A stretch of 64,000 nucleotides of DNA. It comes from Phoronis australis. Lineage: Eukaryota > Animalia > Phoronida. The notes below the pieces were generated by a model, which worked only from the letters and a program-made list of their open reading frames with translations, was not told the DNA's origin and did no database searches. The position numbers were made by a program, and so were the translations under genes. Shown here in pieces: positions 10,520-23,900 of the stretch. Where the stretch lies: positions 81,268 through 145,267 of the forward strand of contig NMRA01000336.1 of the NCBI GenBank assembly GCA_002633005.1. The letters are read 5' to 3'. How positions within the stretch are numbered: the stretch's first letter is position 1; each line of letters starts with the position of its first letter.

Positions 10520-13500
10520 CTGAAATAAATTAGCAGTTAATGAACGTGGGAATGAAATCAGTTGAGATGGTGTCTTGCCAGATACTTTTTGTGACCCAAA
10601 TTTACCACACAATTTATACTTTTCGCAGTTAGCCTGGAGTACTAATACCAGGAAAATATCAGGAAAGAAATCCAAGCCGGGATAGCTCAATTCTTAATAT
10701 GTTGATGAAGACGTTGACTAGAAAGCTTAAGCTTTAGAACTCTCACTGCGACACGTGATTATGGAAGCAGCTGAAATTGGTGAAAGTGATATAAACGATA
10801 TCGTCACTGAGGCCGTAAAAATCCATCAAGCTCTCATGTGGCCCGCTATTATAAAAGTACTGAGGGAGCAATTAGCCCAGCTTGCACTAGTGCAGATGAA
10901 TAATATCTAGAGGCTAGGTTATAAGAGAAGGACGAGGAAATCAATAATCTCATACTGATAATTGTTCAAACTTAGTTGATACCTTAAAACAATACTCGCG
11001 ACGTAAAACGTGACAAATTTCGGTGAACCTGCCAGTGAAAGTAAAAGCGAAACAGACAAGAAAATTATCGACCTTGGAACGTAACTGGGCATAAACACAG
11101 ACCAAAAAGTCGCATGTCTCACTGCATAGACTGTGACCTGAGCGCAAAATCGCAAAGCAGAGTAATTATATGCAAATTTATATCGTACAGTACAGCACAA
11201 CAAAACACAAATTTAGGGGCGACGATATGTGTATAGTGCAACAATATATGCTGCCACATTGCGATGGCACAAATCATTGTCCCTAAAAGCACCTATAATT
11301 AGCGAAATTGCTTGACTGACTGTGTACGTGCAACCTTACGCGATACTGATGCTAGGCATAGGTAAAGGTATAGGCAAATCCTAACTTCCACGAAGGACTC
11401 TCCCGGGAGACGAGCTGGATGTTCCAGGGGGTCTGAATGAGGAAACAGGGTTCGAGTAGGGGAATTACCGAAAGCCTGGAGTAAAACATATTTTTAGCAT
11501 CCCAAAGATTCATGCTTGCGAAGTCAATGTTACTGCAAACGACGCTGGCGTCAGACGTAATTATCACCAACCATCCCGAATCTGTCCCGTTCAAAGTGCC
11601 ACAACTTCATTTTTTCCAATTTGCCGATACTCTCTCAGACTCTGGATCCGCCTATGTGCCATAATTCCTGATATGCAGACACATTGTGAGGAGAACACAA
11701 TTTTTCGGTTTTCATGACACATATTGTCGTACCTGACAACTCGCCTGGGCGACAATATGTGCCAATGTGATACTAAGACCCGTATTTTACTCTAGTTTGA
11801 ATTTAAATGCTCCAAACCATTGTGCGTAGCATAAACGAACTTCAAGGACTTCATAAAGCGAGCCTCGGTTTGGCTGATTTATATGCATAGTTTTTTACAA
11901 AGTTCTGTAAACATACTTCTGCATGCTTTTTTCAATAGGAATAGGCTATTGTTCGTCAACCATCTTGTGCCCGGGTGTTTCGATCTTTGCGTGAATTTCT
12001 TCCTATCACATTTAATTCTTTATTTTACAATTTCTTTTTATCCTTTTTATCAACTGTGCGTGTTTTTATGTCGTATAGAAGAAAAGTGTTTATTTGCCAC
12101 CTGTATATCTGCAGCAGGTATTCTGTGCGTGGAACAACTAAAGAGTCGTATATACATCGTTGGAGTAATCAAAGTTACGTGTATTTAAATCATGTGCTCC
12201 TTTATCTCAACAACTGTAACATAAGCCAACAAGTAAGTGGTGAGCGGGACTTTGGCTACAGACTACAATTTCGGGATGCAATAACCATTATTAATGCCAA
12301 GAAAGATTCAAATACAACCAAAGTACTAAATACAATTGATGCAAACTGTACACGTCACTGAGGAGAAATTACACTCAGTCACTCATTCATTTTCACATGT
12401 GAAGTCCTAAGCATAAAAAATAATATATCCAATAAAATATTTTCGATAACTATCGACGGCACAGTACTAGACCAGGTAAACGTTTCAGCATACCTTTCTT
12501 AGTTTCACTATCTTACGGTCGAACAATGCCTAAATCTTCAATAATCTCATGTATCACTACGTGCAACACCTTCCAAGAATGTAATAATTAAGTCATCATT
12601 AAAGGTAGTCCACTTGGGCGCAATACTTCGGCGAAAAACGAATATCATTCCTCTTACTGGCTTTAATCATATATCCTATTCAAAGGAAATTTGTTTGCAC
12701 AGACCCCAGTTAAATTCAGGCACAATTTTCAAAACATGTCTCTCGGCTGTGGATTTGTCCAAATGAGTTTTCATTAATTTTATTTATTGCACATTTATGC
12801 AATCCATTGTTGCAACACATACATGTACACACATTCAGGCAGGTGTGCGTAATGCCGGAGTGTGTTGTCACAATGTCAGAATATTGGGTCACCTCTCACT
12901 CTAGATTCCACGGCGAAAGACCTTCTTTGAAATCATTTTGCTGCTTGTTCCGCCCATGGTTAAACACATACTTTTCCATAAGAACATTTCACTGTCATTT
13001 TTGATGTTTCAAAGACTACAATTGTACTATTATGTTCAATTGCACCAATCTACTGCAGAATTTTGCATGTAAGCACACGTGCCTTAAGTTCACTTACAGA
13101 CCCAGCTTCTGTCTCCTGAACATGAGCATGTTTTAAAGTGGGCGTTTTGTGTGTAATTTGTCCACTTGTGCACATTTAATCACAAAGTTAATGAGAATAG
13201 AATACGCGTCTACGTTTTCGTAGTTGGGATAGTCAAAGTTTCCTCACATGCTATTTCATAAGTTGCCCCACATTTTTTACACAAGTGGTTCACATCCTGT
13301 GGTATGGGTGTAAAATAGCACATTCGACGTTTCGACAGGGCAATGATTCCACCTTCTATGCAATGCATAAACAGTGTATCCAATAAGACAGCGTGTACAA
13401 TGACGGGTATGGAAAAACTGTTTCATGGCATCTTTGCCTTTTGACATCACATGAACCACTATTCTTCATTTCAAAAGGACTTGCCACAGTCAGGGGCGCT

Positions 13501-13705
13501 TTTTCGTAATGCAATAGATGCATTGAGAAATGTGTGAAATTCCTCGAAGCGTGTGTGATTTTTCCCAATGTTTGCCCTACTAGTTGGGAAATAAACCCAA
13601 CTCGATAGTGTACCTTTCAGCCAAAATAATCTCTTCTACAATGTAAAGGAATGCACGTCGAATGTAAGGCAGATAGCACACTAATGCGATAAAGAAAACA
13701 ATTAC

Positions 13706-13833
13706 CGTCGTATTGTAATGTGACTTCTGCTTCTCCAATATACACAAGTTTGTGCGTTGCAACAAATATATAGCCGCCTGCGTCGTGTTCGGTTAGCCCA
13801 GAAATAATTAGCCGAAATGTTTTGCCGTCATTT
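13706..13833 (-). CDS. Exon 19 (2-1): Ig D4, second half, Cys-less (copy B)
   Basis: Acceptor ttttgcAG, donor GTAATT; NDGKTFRLIISGLTEHDAGGYIFVATHKLVYIGEAEVTLQYD; 128 nt. Confidence 0.88.
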
Positions 13834-14819
13834 CTGCAAAAATGCAAATTGTAGTTGACTTGCCGAGAGGGTTTCATTTCTAAAAGAGAGTGGTACGAGC
13901 AGAAAATCTGGTAATCCAGGTAATCTGGTCAAAATATGCGATGGAGCTTGATTTTCCAATATGAAGCTTAAAATACCGATGGGAAGGACGAACCACCTTC
14001 TGGTGCAAAGGAGGGACTCAAAACGCGAAGAAAGAACGAGAAATGCAACGACGAAGTAATGATGGGAAGGAGGAGGCTGTGAAAGGAATGCATTTGTTTT
14101 TGAGCACGCCATTTAAAGTGGCACAGAAAGCGAAAAACAAAGTAAACTCCATTATGGTTCTCTGCCGGTGAATCCGAAGTCGATCTGTTCGCCAAGCAAT
14201 TTTGTTCGTAAAGATTTTTAAATTTCTGTTGATGCCAAATTGTTTTTCCTTTAAATTGATGAAGATCATAATTCATCCAGGTCCATGTATATAGGACTAA
14301 TAATGAATTTTCTCAACAAGACGTATCTTGTTGAAAACTTGAAGTTGCAGGGCTCTCACCTGTCATCTTCTATGGAAGATTATTGACTGGCGGTCTCAGG
14401 TCTCCCAGCCATGGACATCACAGTATTAAGATGTCTATGCTCCCCGCTTTTCCCGTGGAACTGTGCCAGCTTGACCACTGTTGGACAGTAAGTGCAGTGC
14501 CCTATGCCAGGTCTTGGACATGTTAAGTCTCGCTCCATCAGACTGGTTCTAGGAGTGATTTTTTAACCGAGATCCAAAGGTCTTTATACCACGCTCAAAC
14601 CAGTTATTCTCGATCCTAGACAAGGAAAACAATGGTTTGAGTGCGGTGTCAAATAGGCCTTTTGGATATCGGACAAACCTTCCCTAAACCATTCTGGTGG
14701 AGTGAGATTTAACCTGTCTAAAACCTGGCTGAAGGCATTGGAATTATCATACAACAGAGGTCGCAACCTCCCATTAGTTGGAATTAAAACCCATTCTTCG
14801 CGATCTCATCCGCCACCCT

Positions 14820-14940
14820 TCGGCTGTCCGAGCTTGGTATGGATCATCAAGTCTATACAAAGATGATTTGCGTTGTGTGTAATCTGAACAAAGCCAATGG
14901 TTTTCAGAGCTCTGTATGTTTGATTCTGCTTACAAACACG
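14820..14940 (-). mobile_element. Possible APE-endonuclease remnant of a decayed element
   Basis: RALKTIGFVQITHNANHLCIDLMI resembles the 'gf.Q....T.....IDl' APE motif; surrounding frames are broken. Confidence 0.3.
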
Positions 14941-15303
14941 AACGCTAATGATAGTAACCGCCTAACCGGTCATTTCTAGTTGAGGTTGACCTTTCACTAG
15001 GGATTGGTGGATTGGTTACTAAGGACGTGGACAACTCGGGAGAGGGTATTGTTTCAGGTGTGCATCGTCTTGCATGACTAGTTAGGTGTCCTGGCATAGT
15101 CTCGTTGAGTGGGTATATGGACAAGATGAATACGGGGAGGTTCATCATTCGGATATCCATTTTCGGTCAACCAGGTATTGCGTTTCATTTGAATTGTGAA
15201 TGCGAGGAGGCGCCTTCACGCGTTAACTTGCCATTTGGTCGATAACTCAAAAAGATGACGGCACAAAGCTACGCACGACTTCGAATGCTTCAAACTACCT
15301 TAC

Positions 15304-15475
15304 CTGACTTGATGCTTCACACCATCGTTGCTAAGTTCATAGCCATTCAAAAACCACTTCCCGATGATCGATGCAGGGGGTGTCTGGTCATAGAATACTA
15401 CCAATTCTCTTATTCGCGAGCCCCAACCGAAGTTGATTATTGGTTTGTCCACGCGCAGCGTAATGCTAGGCATTT
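15304..15475 (-). CDS. Exon 18 (1-2): Ig D4, first half (copy B)
   Basis: Acceptor gctgcAG, donor GTAAGG; EMPSITLRVDKPIINFGWGSRIRELVVFYDQTPPASIIGKWFLNGYELSNDGVKHQV; 172 nt. Confidence 0.87.
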
Positions 15476-16056
15476 CTGCAGCAAGCCGGAATGAAGACAA
15501 TTGAATCATACAGTCGTGTTTATTTCAAAAATGTATGAATGAATGTAAGTTTTGAGTGATCCAGTTGAGAGAGATTTTTTTCATTTTTAAATAATATAAA
15601 AGCAAGCAATGTTATATGACTGGGTAGCCAACAAAAACACGGGCCGCTGATTGCTGACCACCGAGCAACAATAAATTAAATAGAAATTAACAATGAAGAA
15701 GAGCAATACAGATAACTACACGAAAAGTACATCTACAATGAAATAAAATACAATGCATTTTCCAAAAAACGTTAATTAAATGTATTTCACAAAGAGTTAA
15801 CTTAAAACACAGAGACTATTGATACAAGGGAAACGACACGGTTAAAAAACATACGACTAAGATGTAAGACAGGTGATCACGGTTACTTAAATTAGAACAC
15901 GCATACCAATGTAGAACGTTACACCGAGAGTTGTAGATTACATATTAAAAATGCAATTTTCCAAATACATGGAGAACCCTTTAAGCTATCCGTATCGATT
16001 TTGTCTGTTGTAAATCAATAAGTGAGGATTGAATAATACTGCAACTTGCTTTAAAA

Positions 16057-16579
16057 TGACGCGACGTTGCGGCCCTGTCACAGGGTCGTGGGGTTGGCTA
16101 ACTGAAGGAGTGGGTTGGTCTCTTCTAAGCCTGTCGACACTCCCAACGCCACCGGCTAGTTCATGTGAAAGACCTAGTTCTTACGAATCATAAATCCTCA
16201 GTTGTGTACGAGATTAAGATTGCAGCACGGAATCTTGTGGGCCCGGGGAAAGTTTTGTAGGTGAGTCCAAACAGGCACTGAAGAGCAAACTTTACGATAA
16301 TCGTCGCCCCAGTTATAGAGATACATATGATTCTGCGGTTCTCACTCACCACTGATTCTGGACAGCCAGTGAAACTGACTAGCTCAGGAGAGATGTGAAG
16401 GAGGCGCTATATAAGCATATTGGACAACCAGCTCTCAACAAACATGGTGGACTCCGTCACAATCCATCTCATGTGTGTCAACCAGGTTTTTAGGTGTCTC
16501 TCGAGTTGTCTATTACCTGAACCCACTCCGGCCAGTCAGTCCACCGACGGCCCTGTGATACCGCCGCAACGTCGCGTCA
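16057..16579 (+). mobile_element. Penelope-like 3' remnant with inverted pLTR segment
   Basis: ILD...RRDVKEALYKHIGQPALNKHGGLRHNPSHV (16355-16478); 16057-16116 is an inverted copy of 16520-16579. Confidence 0.75.
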
Positions 16580-17042
16580 CTAAGTTCCAGTGAAGAAATT
16601 GTTCTAATTTCACCCATTCATTTCGAAAATGGTTGGAAGTTTAGAAAATGAGTTTTGTCATTATTACATTTTTGTGGTCTGACATAGACATTGACATAAT
16701 AGACGTAAACCTCTTCCGGTGAATTGTATCAACGGGGAGCCACGCTGTCCAAGGCCGATGACTGATCGAGGTCAATATTGCTCACCTGAGGCAACGCAAA
16801 GCATCGTACCATAGGCGGATTTAGGGGGGCCAGGGGACCCTCTTTACCCAATTCTCCGAGGCAACATGTTGGCCCCCCTTATGGTGATCATAGATCCGCC
16901 ACTGCGTACTGTCTTTTATACATGTATAGCCAGATGTCCTATAATAATACTTGATTTTATACCAGCAAACGTTGACAAGACGTCAAATAAAAACAATTTA
17001 TTTCTCACGACTAATTGAAACACAATAATCATAATTACTTAC

Positions 17043-17196
17043 CGTGGACCTTTAACAAAAACGGTTCAGAGGTTAGGTTGAACTCTTTGTGGGTACAAGT
17101 GTAATTACCAGTATGAGACATTTGAATCTTACGTAGACTACACTCACTAGTAGCGTTTGAGTAGTATCCATACGAACGTATAGTGTATTGGGAAAT
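17043..17196 (-). CDS. Exon 17 (0-1): Ig D3-like, second half (copy B)
   Basis: Acceptor tttttacAG, donor GTAAGT; ISQYTIRSYGYYSNATSECSLRKIQMSHTGNYTCTHKEFNLTSEPFLLKVH. Confidence 0.88.
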
Positions 17197-19463
17197 CTGT
17201 AAAAAGTAACGAACCACTGGAACAGTAGGAAGATTACTCCATATATCTTCCAAAAGCATCCTGTGTTTTTATTACAATCAGATATGATGAAAACTCAGTT
17301 AGAAGGCCATTGTCAGCTCTTGTTACTGCCTGATCCCTTCATTTAAGTTTCTGACTGACGATACATGCATCACATAAGTAAGAACGGTGACCTCGTCTAT
17401 TTTAAAGACCACAGCACAAACGTTATCGACAAGTGAACTGGCTGCCCTGCTTCATATTATATTGACTTTCGTCACAGGTGCAAATGTAACGAATAAAGCT
17501 TTCCTGCCATCACCTCCAAAATATAAGTTCAAACGCTTGTAAAAGTTTATGTTAAATTTATGAAGTGGTGTGAATGCCGTGTTTCGTATGTACACACAAC
17601 CGAGTAAAACATGAAACGCCCCACACCACGATCTCTTTTTGGTCAATGATTTTCACTGTAAAAAAACAATATTGTCTTACTCTGAGTTCATGTGGTCATA
17701 GTACTCATAGTGAAAGGTACTCTTAATAATATAAAGCTACAGATAACCATTGTAATCAGTGCCCAGTAATCCTTGTCCATCAGATGTAGTGTAACAGACT
17801 AATTTGATACCAATGTTAACAAAAGTCGATCAATCAGGAACCTAATTTCTTGGATTTATATTTGTTGGAAAAAAGGAAGAAAAAACGGAAAGGAAAGTTT
17901 GTGCGACCTGAGGGATAAGCGCAGTGGTAGGAGGAGGACGTTGGATGAATGCAACTGGAAGAGGAAAGCTGGCCTGTGCCGAAAAATAAGCTTCTCTGCC
18001 TATGTTACGGAGACAACTTTAAGACCAGACGTGCTGTCGTCACAGACAAGAAAAGTATAATACAAAATTTAACTATATTATACATATTAAATTTAACTTG
18101 TTAAATGCATTTGTAGTCATTATTTTGACACGTGTCATTTTTTTATTTTTGTATCAACCCTTTCGGTTTAGTTTACATAATCCATTTCTATTTATATCCT
18201 CCGGGTTCTACTTTTGTATTCATACACCTCTCTTCTCGACACGTGATTGCTCACTCATATTTCCTTGTTCAATATTGCCACCTACCTCCTTGTCTACAGG
18301 ACCTCTACGTTTTTTTCTCAGTATTTTTTACACCCTACATCCCAGGTGCCTGTTTTTATTTTTCTTATTATACATTGTCTGTTACACCTTTCAGGCTTTT
18401 CTTAACTCTTTTGTTTTTGTTCCAGTACTAAGGGCACTTCTACGTACACACCGGTGGCGCCGTTTTTCCATGCTCACCTTGCAGTTTTCTATATTTCTTC
18501 AATTTACGTCATAATAGGTGACATTATTACTGGATGAGGCAATGGAGACAGAATGTCCAATGGTCAAAGTATGTTCCCCTACTGCAGTTGGTCTGTCTAG
18601 TTTCTGGTGTTCTTTGAATCTAGTTCCAAGCGACGTTTGGTTTCCCCAACATCATTGGCAAAGAACAGAATTGGTTTGCACGTAAGACCAAATAATCCAT
18701 AAAAAATCAGGACAGAGCGCTCCCTTTTGAACCGGGACCCTGGTGTACATTTACCTCCACTGTACTCTAACATACATACTAAGCGAACGGCGGGAAACAC
18801 GTCATTCATCGACAAAGGCCTGGCGGACCAGGCCGAAATGTCTGCATCCAACTAATTCGTTTCTGAGTAAGTGTTTTTTCTTATTCCAATGCATCGAGAG
18901 ACCAATGACAAACATTTTTCCCTAAATTGAACATGCCTGTACATAATTCCCTTGATAAAACATGCACTGGCTCTAAATACTATCTTTCCAGAGATTATTA
19001 TTTTATGTTTAGTTATCATTTTACACTCGCATTTCTGGATCGTTATCGGTCATGATGAATGATCTTTATTTCGCTTATATATGGTCTCCTTTTTATCTCT
19101 GGGCACGGAGCTTGCGACACATCTATCGGGACATAGGTTGAACATAAATAGCTTAATTTGAAACAACTAACCAACGCTGGTCGTACAGCGCAGGTAGCCA
19201 AGCCGTGGGCTGCTTAGGCTTCGATGCTTGCTCTTCGTAATTTCTGAATTAAAATGTTTTTCATAGCCAGGCTGCTTTTCATTAATGGCGTGATAATATA
19301 GCAAAGGACTAGACAGTTGTGTCATGCCATTGGCTTAGTTTATTTGCTGTCAAATCAAACTATGTGTCATATCTACGCAAAGGACCACCTAGGTATTCCG
19401 AAGACCATGGCGTAGGTTTTCTTGCAAGCCAAGCCACAGCCTGTTAAAAAATGTGTACAGTAC

Positions 19464-19615
19464 CTTGCTACATATCCCGAAGGGCACGTTCCACTTGAAG
19501 CTGACATTGACCTCTTTACCGACTTCAACCGTGCAATTCAAGGTGATACTGTCGTGTACTAAATAATCACTCTGTCTGTTACCTATAACCGGACGCTGAC
19601 GTCGTACATTTTTCG
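19464..19615 (-). CDS. Exon 16 (1-0): Ig D3-like, first half (copy B)
   Basis: Acceptor gtttcAG, donor GTACTG; KNVRRQRPVIGNRQSDYLVHDSITLNCTVEVGKEVNVSFKWNVPFGICSK, D3-like 'LNCT......V.F.W..P'. Confidence 0.88.
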
Positions 19616-20117
19616 CTGAAACCGTAAGATCTCGTTCAGTACATTTTACAAGCGTAATTTACAACTACAATGATACAAAAATGTTTTGACTATTCAGGCT
19701 TGGTCATACACTTTAGTTCTTTTCTCACGTACTCCAGAATTTTATTCGTATAGTCAAATTTTGCCCGTTCTTTGTGAAACAAGCCATCATATAGGACAAC
19801 AAACATGTTTCTTAAGGTCATATATTTTCACAGGAAAAAATCTAGTTCGTAACTTTTCAGAACTCTCAATACTCATGCATAGTTGGCAGTATTTTTGCTA
19901 AAATCAGTGTCAAGAAGTCATGTTTGCAAGATCAACATAAAAAGAAAAACGAGGCTTGTGTTAGAAAAGACAAAGTGACTTAGTACATATCTAGGGGTAC
20001 TTCAAGCTCTCCAGAAAATCTGTGACAGTCGATGTAGAAATTGCTACTCAAAATAGTTTATTATTTTATTACTCACCATATACTTTATGAAACAAAAGTC
20101 AGTAAAGTGGCTCTTAC

Positions 20118-20251
20118 GTGTCACCAAAATTTTCCTGTACAACGCAATTTCACGCTGTTCGGTGCCTACCATAACACGGCACACATACATGTTGTGGGTT
20201 CTTAAGCTTGCCTCCCGCACGGCGTACAACACAACATTGTTATAATCGGTG
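20118..20251 (-). CDS. Exon 15 (2-1): Ig D6, second half
   Basis: Acceptor cttttAG, donor GTAAGA; TDYNNVVLYAVREASLRTHNMYVCRVMVGTEQREIALYRKILVT. Confidence 0.85.
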
Positions 20252-20972
20252 CTAAAAGAAAAAATGTAAAGGACTGTTACATGTAAAAGAGACATACGCA
20301 GATATCCTAATGTTAACAATTAACCTGAAGTTATAGTTGTGCAGTGCTCTGTGCGTAGGACAAGTACCGTAATGGAGCGTTGACCAGTTACGTCAACCGA
20401 AATTTGTCACTATTTACCCCTCCCATCTTGATATAACCCCCTCCCCTGTCAAGCGTCTAATTAAGTCTAATTATGTGATCATAGTCAAAGACATCCTCCC
20501 AGTTTAGGCAGTGCTGGAATAAGTCTGTTTGTGTACATGTTTATAACGTAAACTTAGTGAAACGTGATCAAATCTTGGAATCCCGGAGGAGTGAAGCGGC
20601 GGGTCCCAGTTTTGGAATTAGTTAATTCCGCTAGATGATGAATCAATTTCCCAACGATATTCTAATAAACCACACGATGACGTTACCATCCCCCAGTCAT
20701 CTTTTCCAAACTCCTCCCCCTCGAGTGATGACGTAATATCTAAACGCTCCCTAAGTGAAGCTCTGGACGAAGCTTTGTTCCGCAGGCCTGAGACAATAGC
20801 ATGCATTTGTAGAGAGAAATCGCAACTTATGGAACGGAAATAGGTAGTTCTATACCATGCTTTACGAATTATATCCCACAATTTAACATTCGAACTTCAC
20901 CGAGCGATCACTTGAGTGGCCGCCATTTTGCAAGGGTACGCTAATAAAGTCTTGAGCATACACGCCTAATAT

Positions 20973-23900
20973 ACCGGGATCCCAGAGCTTTTTTGGGCAT
21001 GAAAAGGTAACCAACTTTCTTTGGTGCCACAGTGCTCTATGGGTATCCTGATGCTTGGAAATGGTCGTCTGGCAGGCTCGCTCTGTTGGGTGTGGTCAGG
21101 GGAGCCAAGAGAATGACACTCAAAAATTGAGCTAGATCAACTTTTCTGATAACCACTTCAAACTGCCTCGGATACCTACTACGTAATCCACTGTATCAAA
21201 ATTGGTCATTGCCAGAAAAGTTCAGTAGTGGGGAGTATCAGTCAGACGGTTATAAACAAGGTGAAAAAATGAGCTAGATCAATCAAAAATATAACCGCGT
21301 GAAACCAGTTGCAAAATATTCACCGTGAGCCCAGGTATCACGAATGAACACTGTCAGACAAATCTAGTGGTAGATTAGCCCCGCCAGACACGCCCAAATA
21401 CCCGAGTTGAGCTAGATGAACCCACCAGGTAACCGTTTGAAACCAATTGCACGATGTTCAGCATCACTGTACAGTTGTACATGGCACAACTGTTAGATGC
21501 CAGGCAATTTTAGTGGTGGGGTGTCCCTGCAAGAGGACTAAAGAAGGGCTAAATTGTGAGGTAAATCAACCCGCATGAAACCAGTTTCAAAATATTCTAC
21601 GTAAGCCCATGTATCATGAATAAACAATGCGAGACAAGTCTAGTTGTGGATTAGCCCCGCCAACACGATCAAATATCTGAGTTCGACCAGATTTACCCGT
21701 TTGAAACCATTTACATAATGTCGAGCAACATTTTGCATACAGCAAAAGGTACTTTACAGACATTTTTAGTGGTGGGGCAGTAGTGTTCAGAGGTTTGGTC
21801 GATGCAGGGGCGACTTTTTATTAGGCGCCCCTATCTCTCTACTCAAATGCATATATCTTATTCAAGTGATTAGCCAGCACTGAGCTGGGGTGGTTCGAAT
21901 TTCAAGAACGGTGGACCTTTGGTATTTCGCAAACGTCGACACTGTAGAAACCTCGGTAAGACCTTTGACTGAGCTAAATTAGGGGGAAGAGAACATTCTC
22001 GCATTATCTCTTGCCAAAGTTTCAAATCAGCCATGCTTAAATGAGTGATTACACCTCATGGCATACTCAAACGGAAATATGAAGTTTAGTCGGTGAATGA
22101 CTTAACAAAATTGTTTAGGCCTATCTGGTTATATTTTAGCGTGTTACTTAAGTTGCTTACATGGCTGAAATGGGAACGTCCCACTATTTCGAAGGTTCGC
22201 TAGTTCGACGATTCACCAATCCGAAGTTTCACCGCCCAAAAAATATATAAACTTTCAAACTCAGATGTGATTTTTAAACTTTTACATGCAAAAATAAACG
22301 TTTTTTCGATTATTAGATGCACCTATACCGAAAACAAGACCGGGACACTAAAACACTTGGTTTGGATTCCATGTAGACAGTGACCACTGTCTCCAGCTGG
22401 CTAGAACAACTAGAAACCTAAGTCAGATTTCATGTGCATGCGAAATTGCCCGCATGTGAGTACGCACTTGCATTTTAAAATGATACGAAGTAGGAATACT
22501 GATGGATTATCAACCATGACACAATTCATCAAGTCCATGTCAAGATCGAATTGCAGCGCGACGCACACGGCCAGGGCGAAACTAAATGAAGTTACTAGGC
22601 CACCCTGTCATTGCCACTTCTCACGAAATCAGGGAGTCCCATTTAGTCTTCTTAAATTTGAAACCGCCATTAGTCGCCGTAGCCGTGAGGTCGCTGCAAC
22701 ATCAGGCGCGATGTTTCTGGTTTTCATGCCCTGACGTAAACTTACTGACAAAATTCTTTCACCTTGCGTGATAACCTATGCCGCACGGACTCAGTGGCTG
22801 GTTCCTCAATGTGATGCTTATTCATTGTGAATGGGCTTATAATCAATTATGTTTCGACTCTTTATTTGTCTGATGGAGGCATCTTACTGTTGTGCCATGT
22901 GCAGTGATGCTGAACATCGGACGATTGGTTTCAAACGGTTACCTGGTGGGTTGATTTAGCTCAACTCAGGTACTTGGGCGTGTCTGGTGGGGCTAACTAG
23001 ATTTGACTGGCAGTGTTTATTCGTGATACCTGGGCTAAGGATGAATATCTTGGAACTGGTTTTAAAGAGTTCCCACCATGACCCTGTGTCTCAAAAAGGA
23101 ATTTTATTATTACATCTTAACAGATTTGATAGCCTTTAGTACACCCGTTGCTACGAAACAATCTAAAAATTTTAAAAATATATTTTTCTGTTATCGAGTT
23201 TGTACGCAATGGGTGGAAGACCGCCTCAGCCGTTGTTGTTTTACCAGTGCGATACTGAGGAGTTGTGAAGAAAGTCCGCGTGGAGCCGTCTTTTTCAGAC
23301 ATGAAAAGGTGCGTTTGTGGAAACTGTGGTAACAACAACTTGACTGTGAACGTCTTAGTGTTCAAATTTCCTAAATACGTGAAAGTTGCACAAAATTGGC
23401 ATCGGTTTGTCATGGGCGGCGCACCATAGGGGCCTAGGGTAGGGCTATAGCCCCCACTTTTTCAGGGCTAAGCCGCCCATGGTNNNNNNNNNNNNNNNNN
23501 NNNNNNNNNNNNNNNNNNNNNNNNNNNNNNNNNNNNNNNNNNNNNNNNNNNNNNNNNNNNNNNNNNNNNNNNNNNNNNNNNNNNNNNNNNNNNNNNNNNN
23601 NNNNNNNNNNNNNNNNNNNNNNNNNNNNNNNNNNNNNNNNNNNNNNNNNNNNNNNNNNNNNNNNNNNNNNNNNNNNNNNNNNNNNNNNNNNNNNNNNNNN
23701 NNNNNNNNNNNNNNNNNNNNNNNNNNNNNNNNNNNNNNNNNNNNNNNNNNNNNNNNNNNNNNNNNNNNNNNNNNNNNNNNNNNNNNNNNNNNNNNNNNNN
23801 NNNNNNNNTTGTGGCTCACATATGTCATTTCTCGTGCAAATGGGTCGAGTTCATACGGCCTGAAACCCGACGAAAGTTCGCTAAATGGGAAATCGAATTC

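Noticed and set aside
12800-13570. Cys/His-rich zinc-finger-like fragments (e.g. PDCGKSF)
   Set aside because: Too fragmentary and stop-ridden to assign.
18098-18514. Hydrophobic Phe/Leu-rich ORFs (also 55107-55484 and 11883-12361) as TM exons
   Set aside because: They come from T-rich or A-rich low-complexity DNA, are mostly on the wrong strand, and have no fitting splice sites.
21120-21720. Regularly spaced GAGCTAGATCAA repeats as a CRISPR-like array
   Set aside because: Eukaryotic context; the repeats are degenerate, the spacers are mutually related, and the block is mirrored in the other TIR arm.
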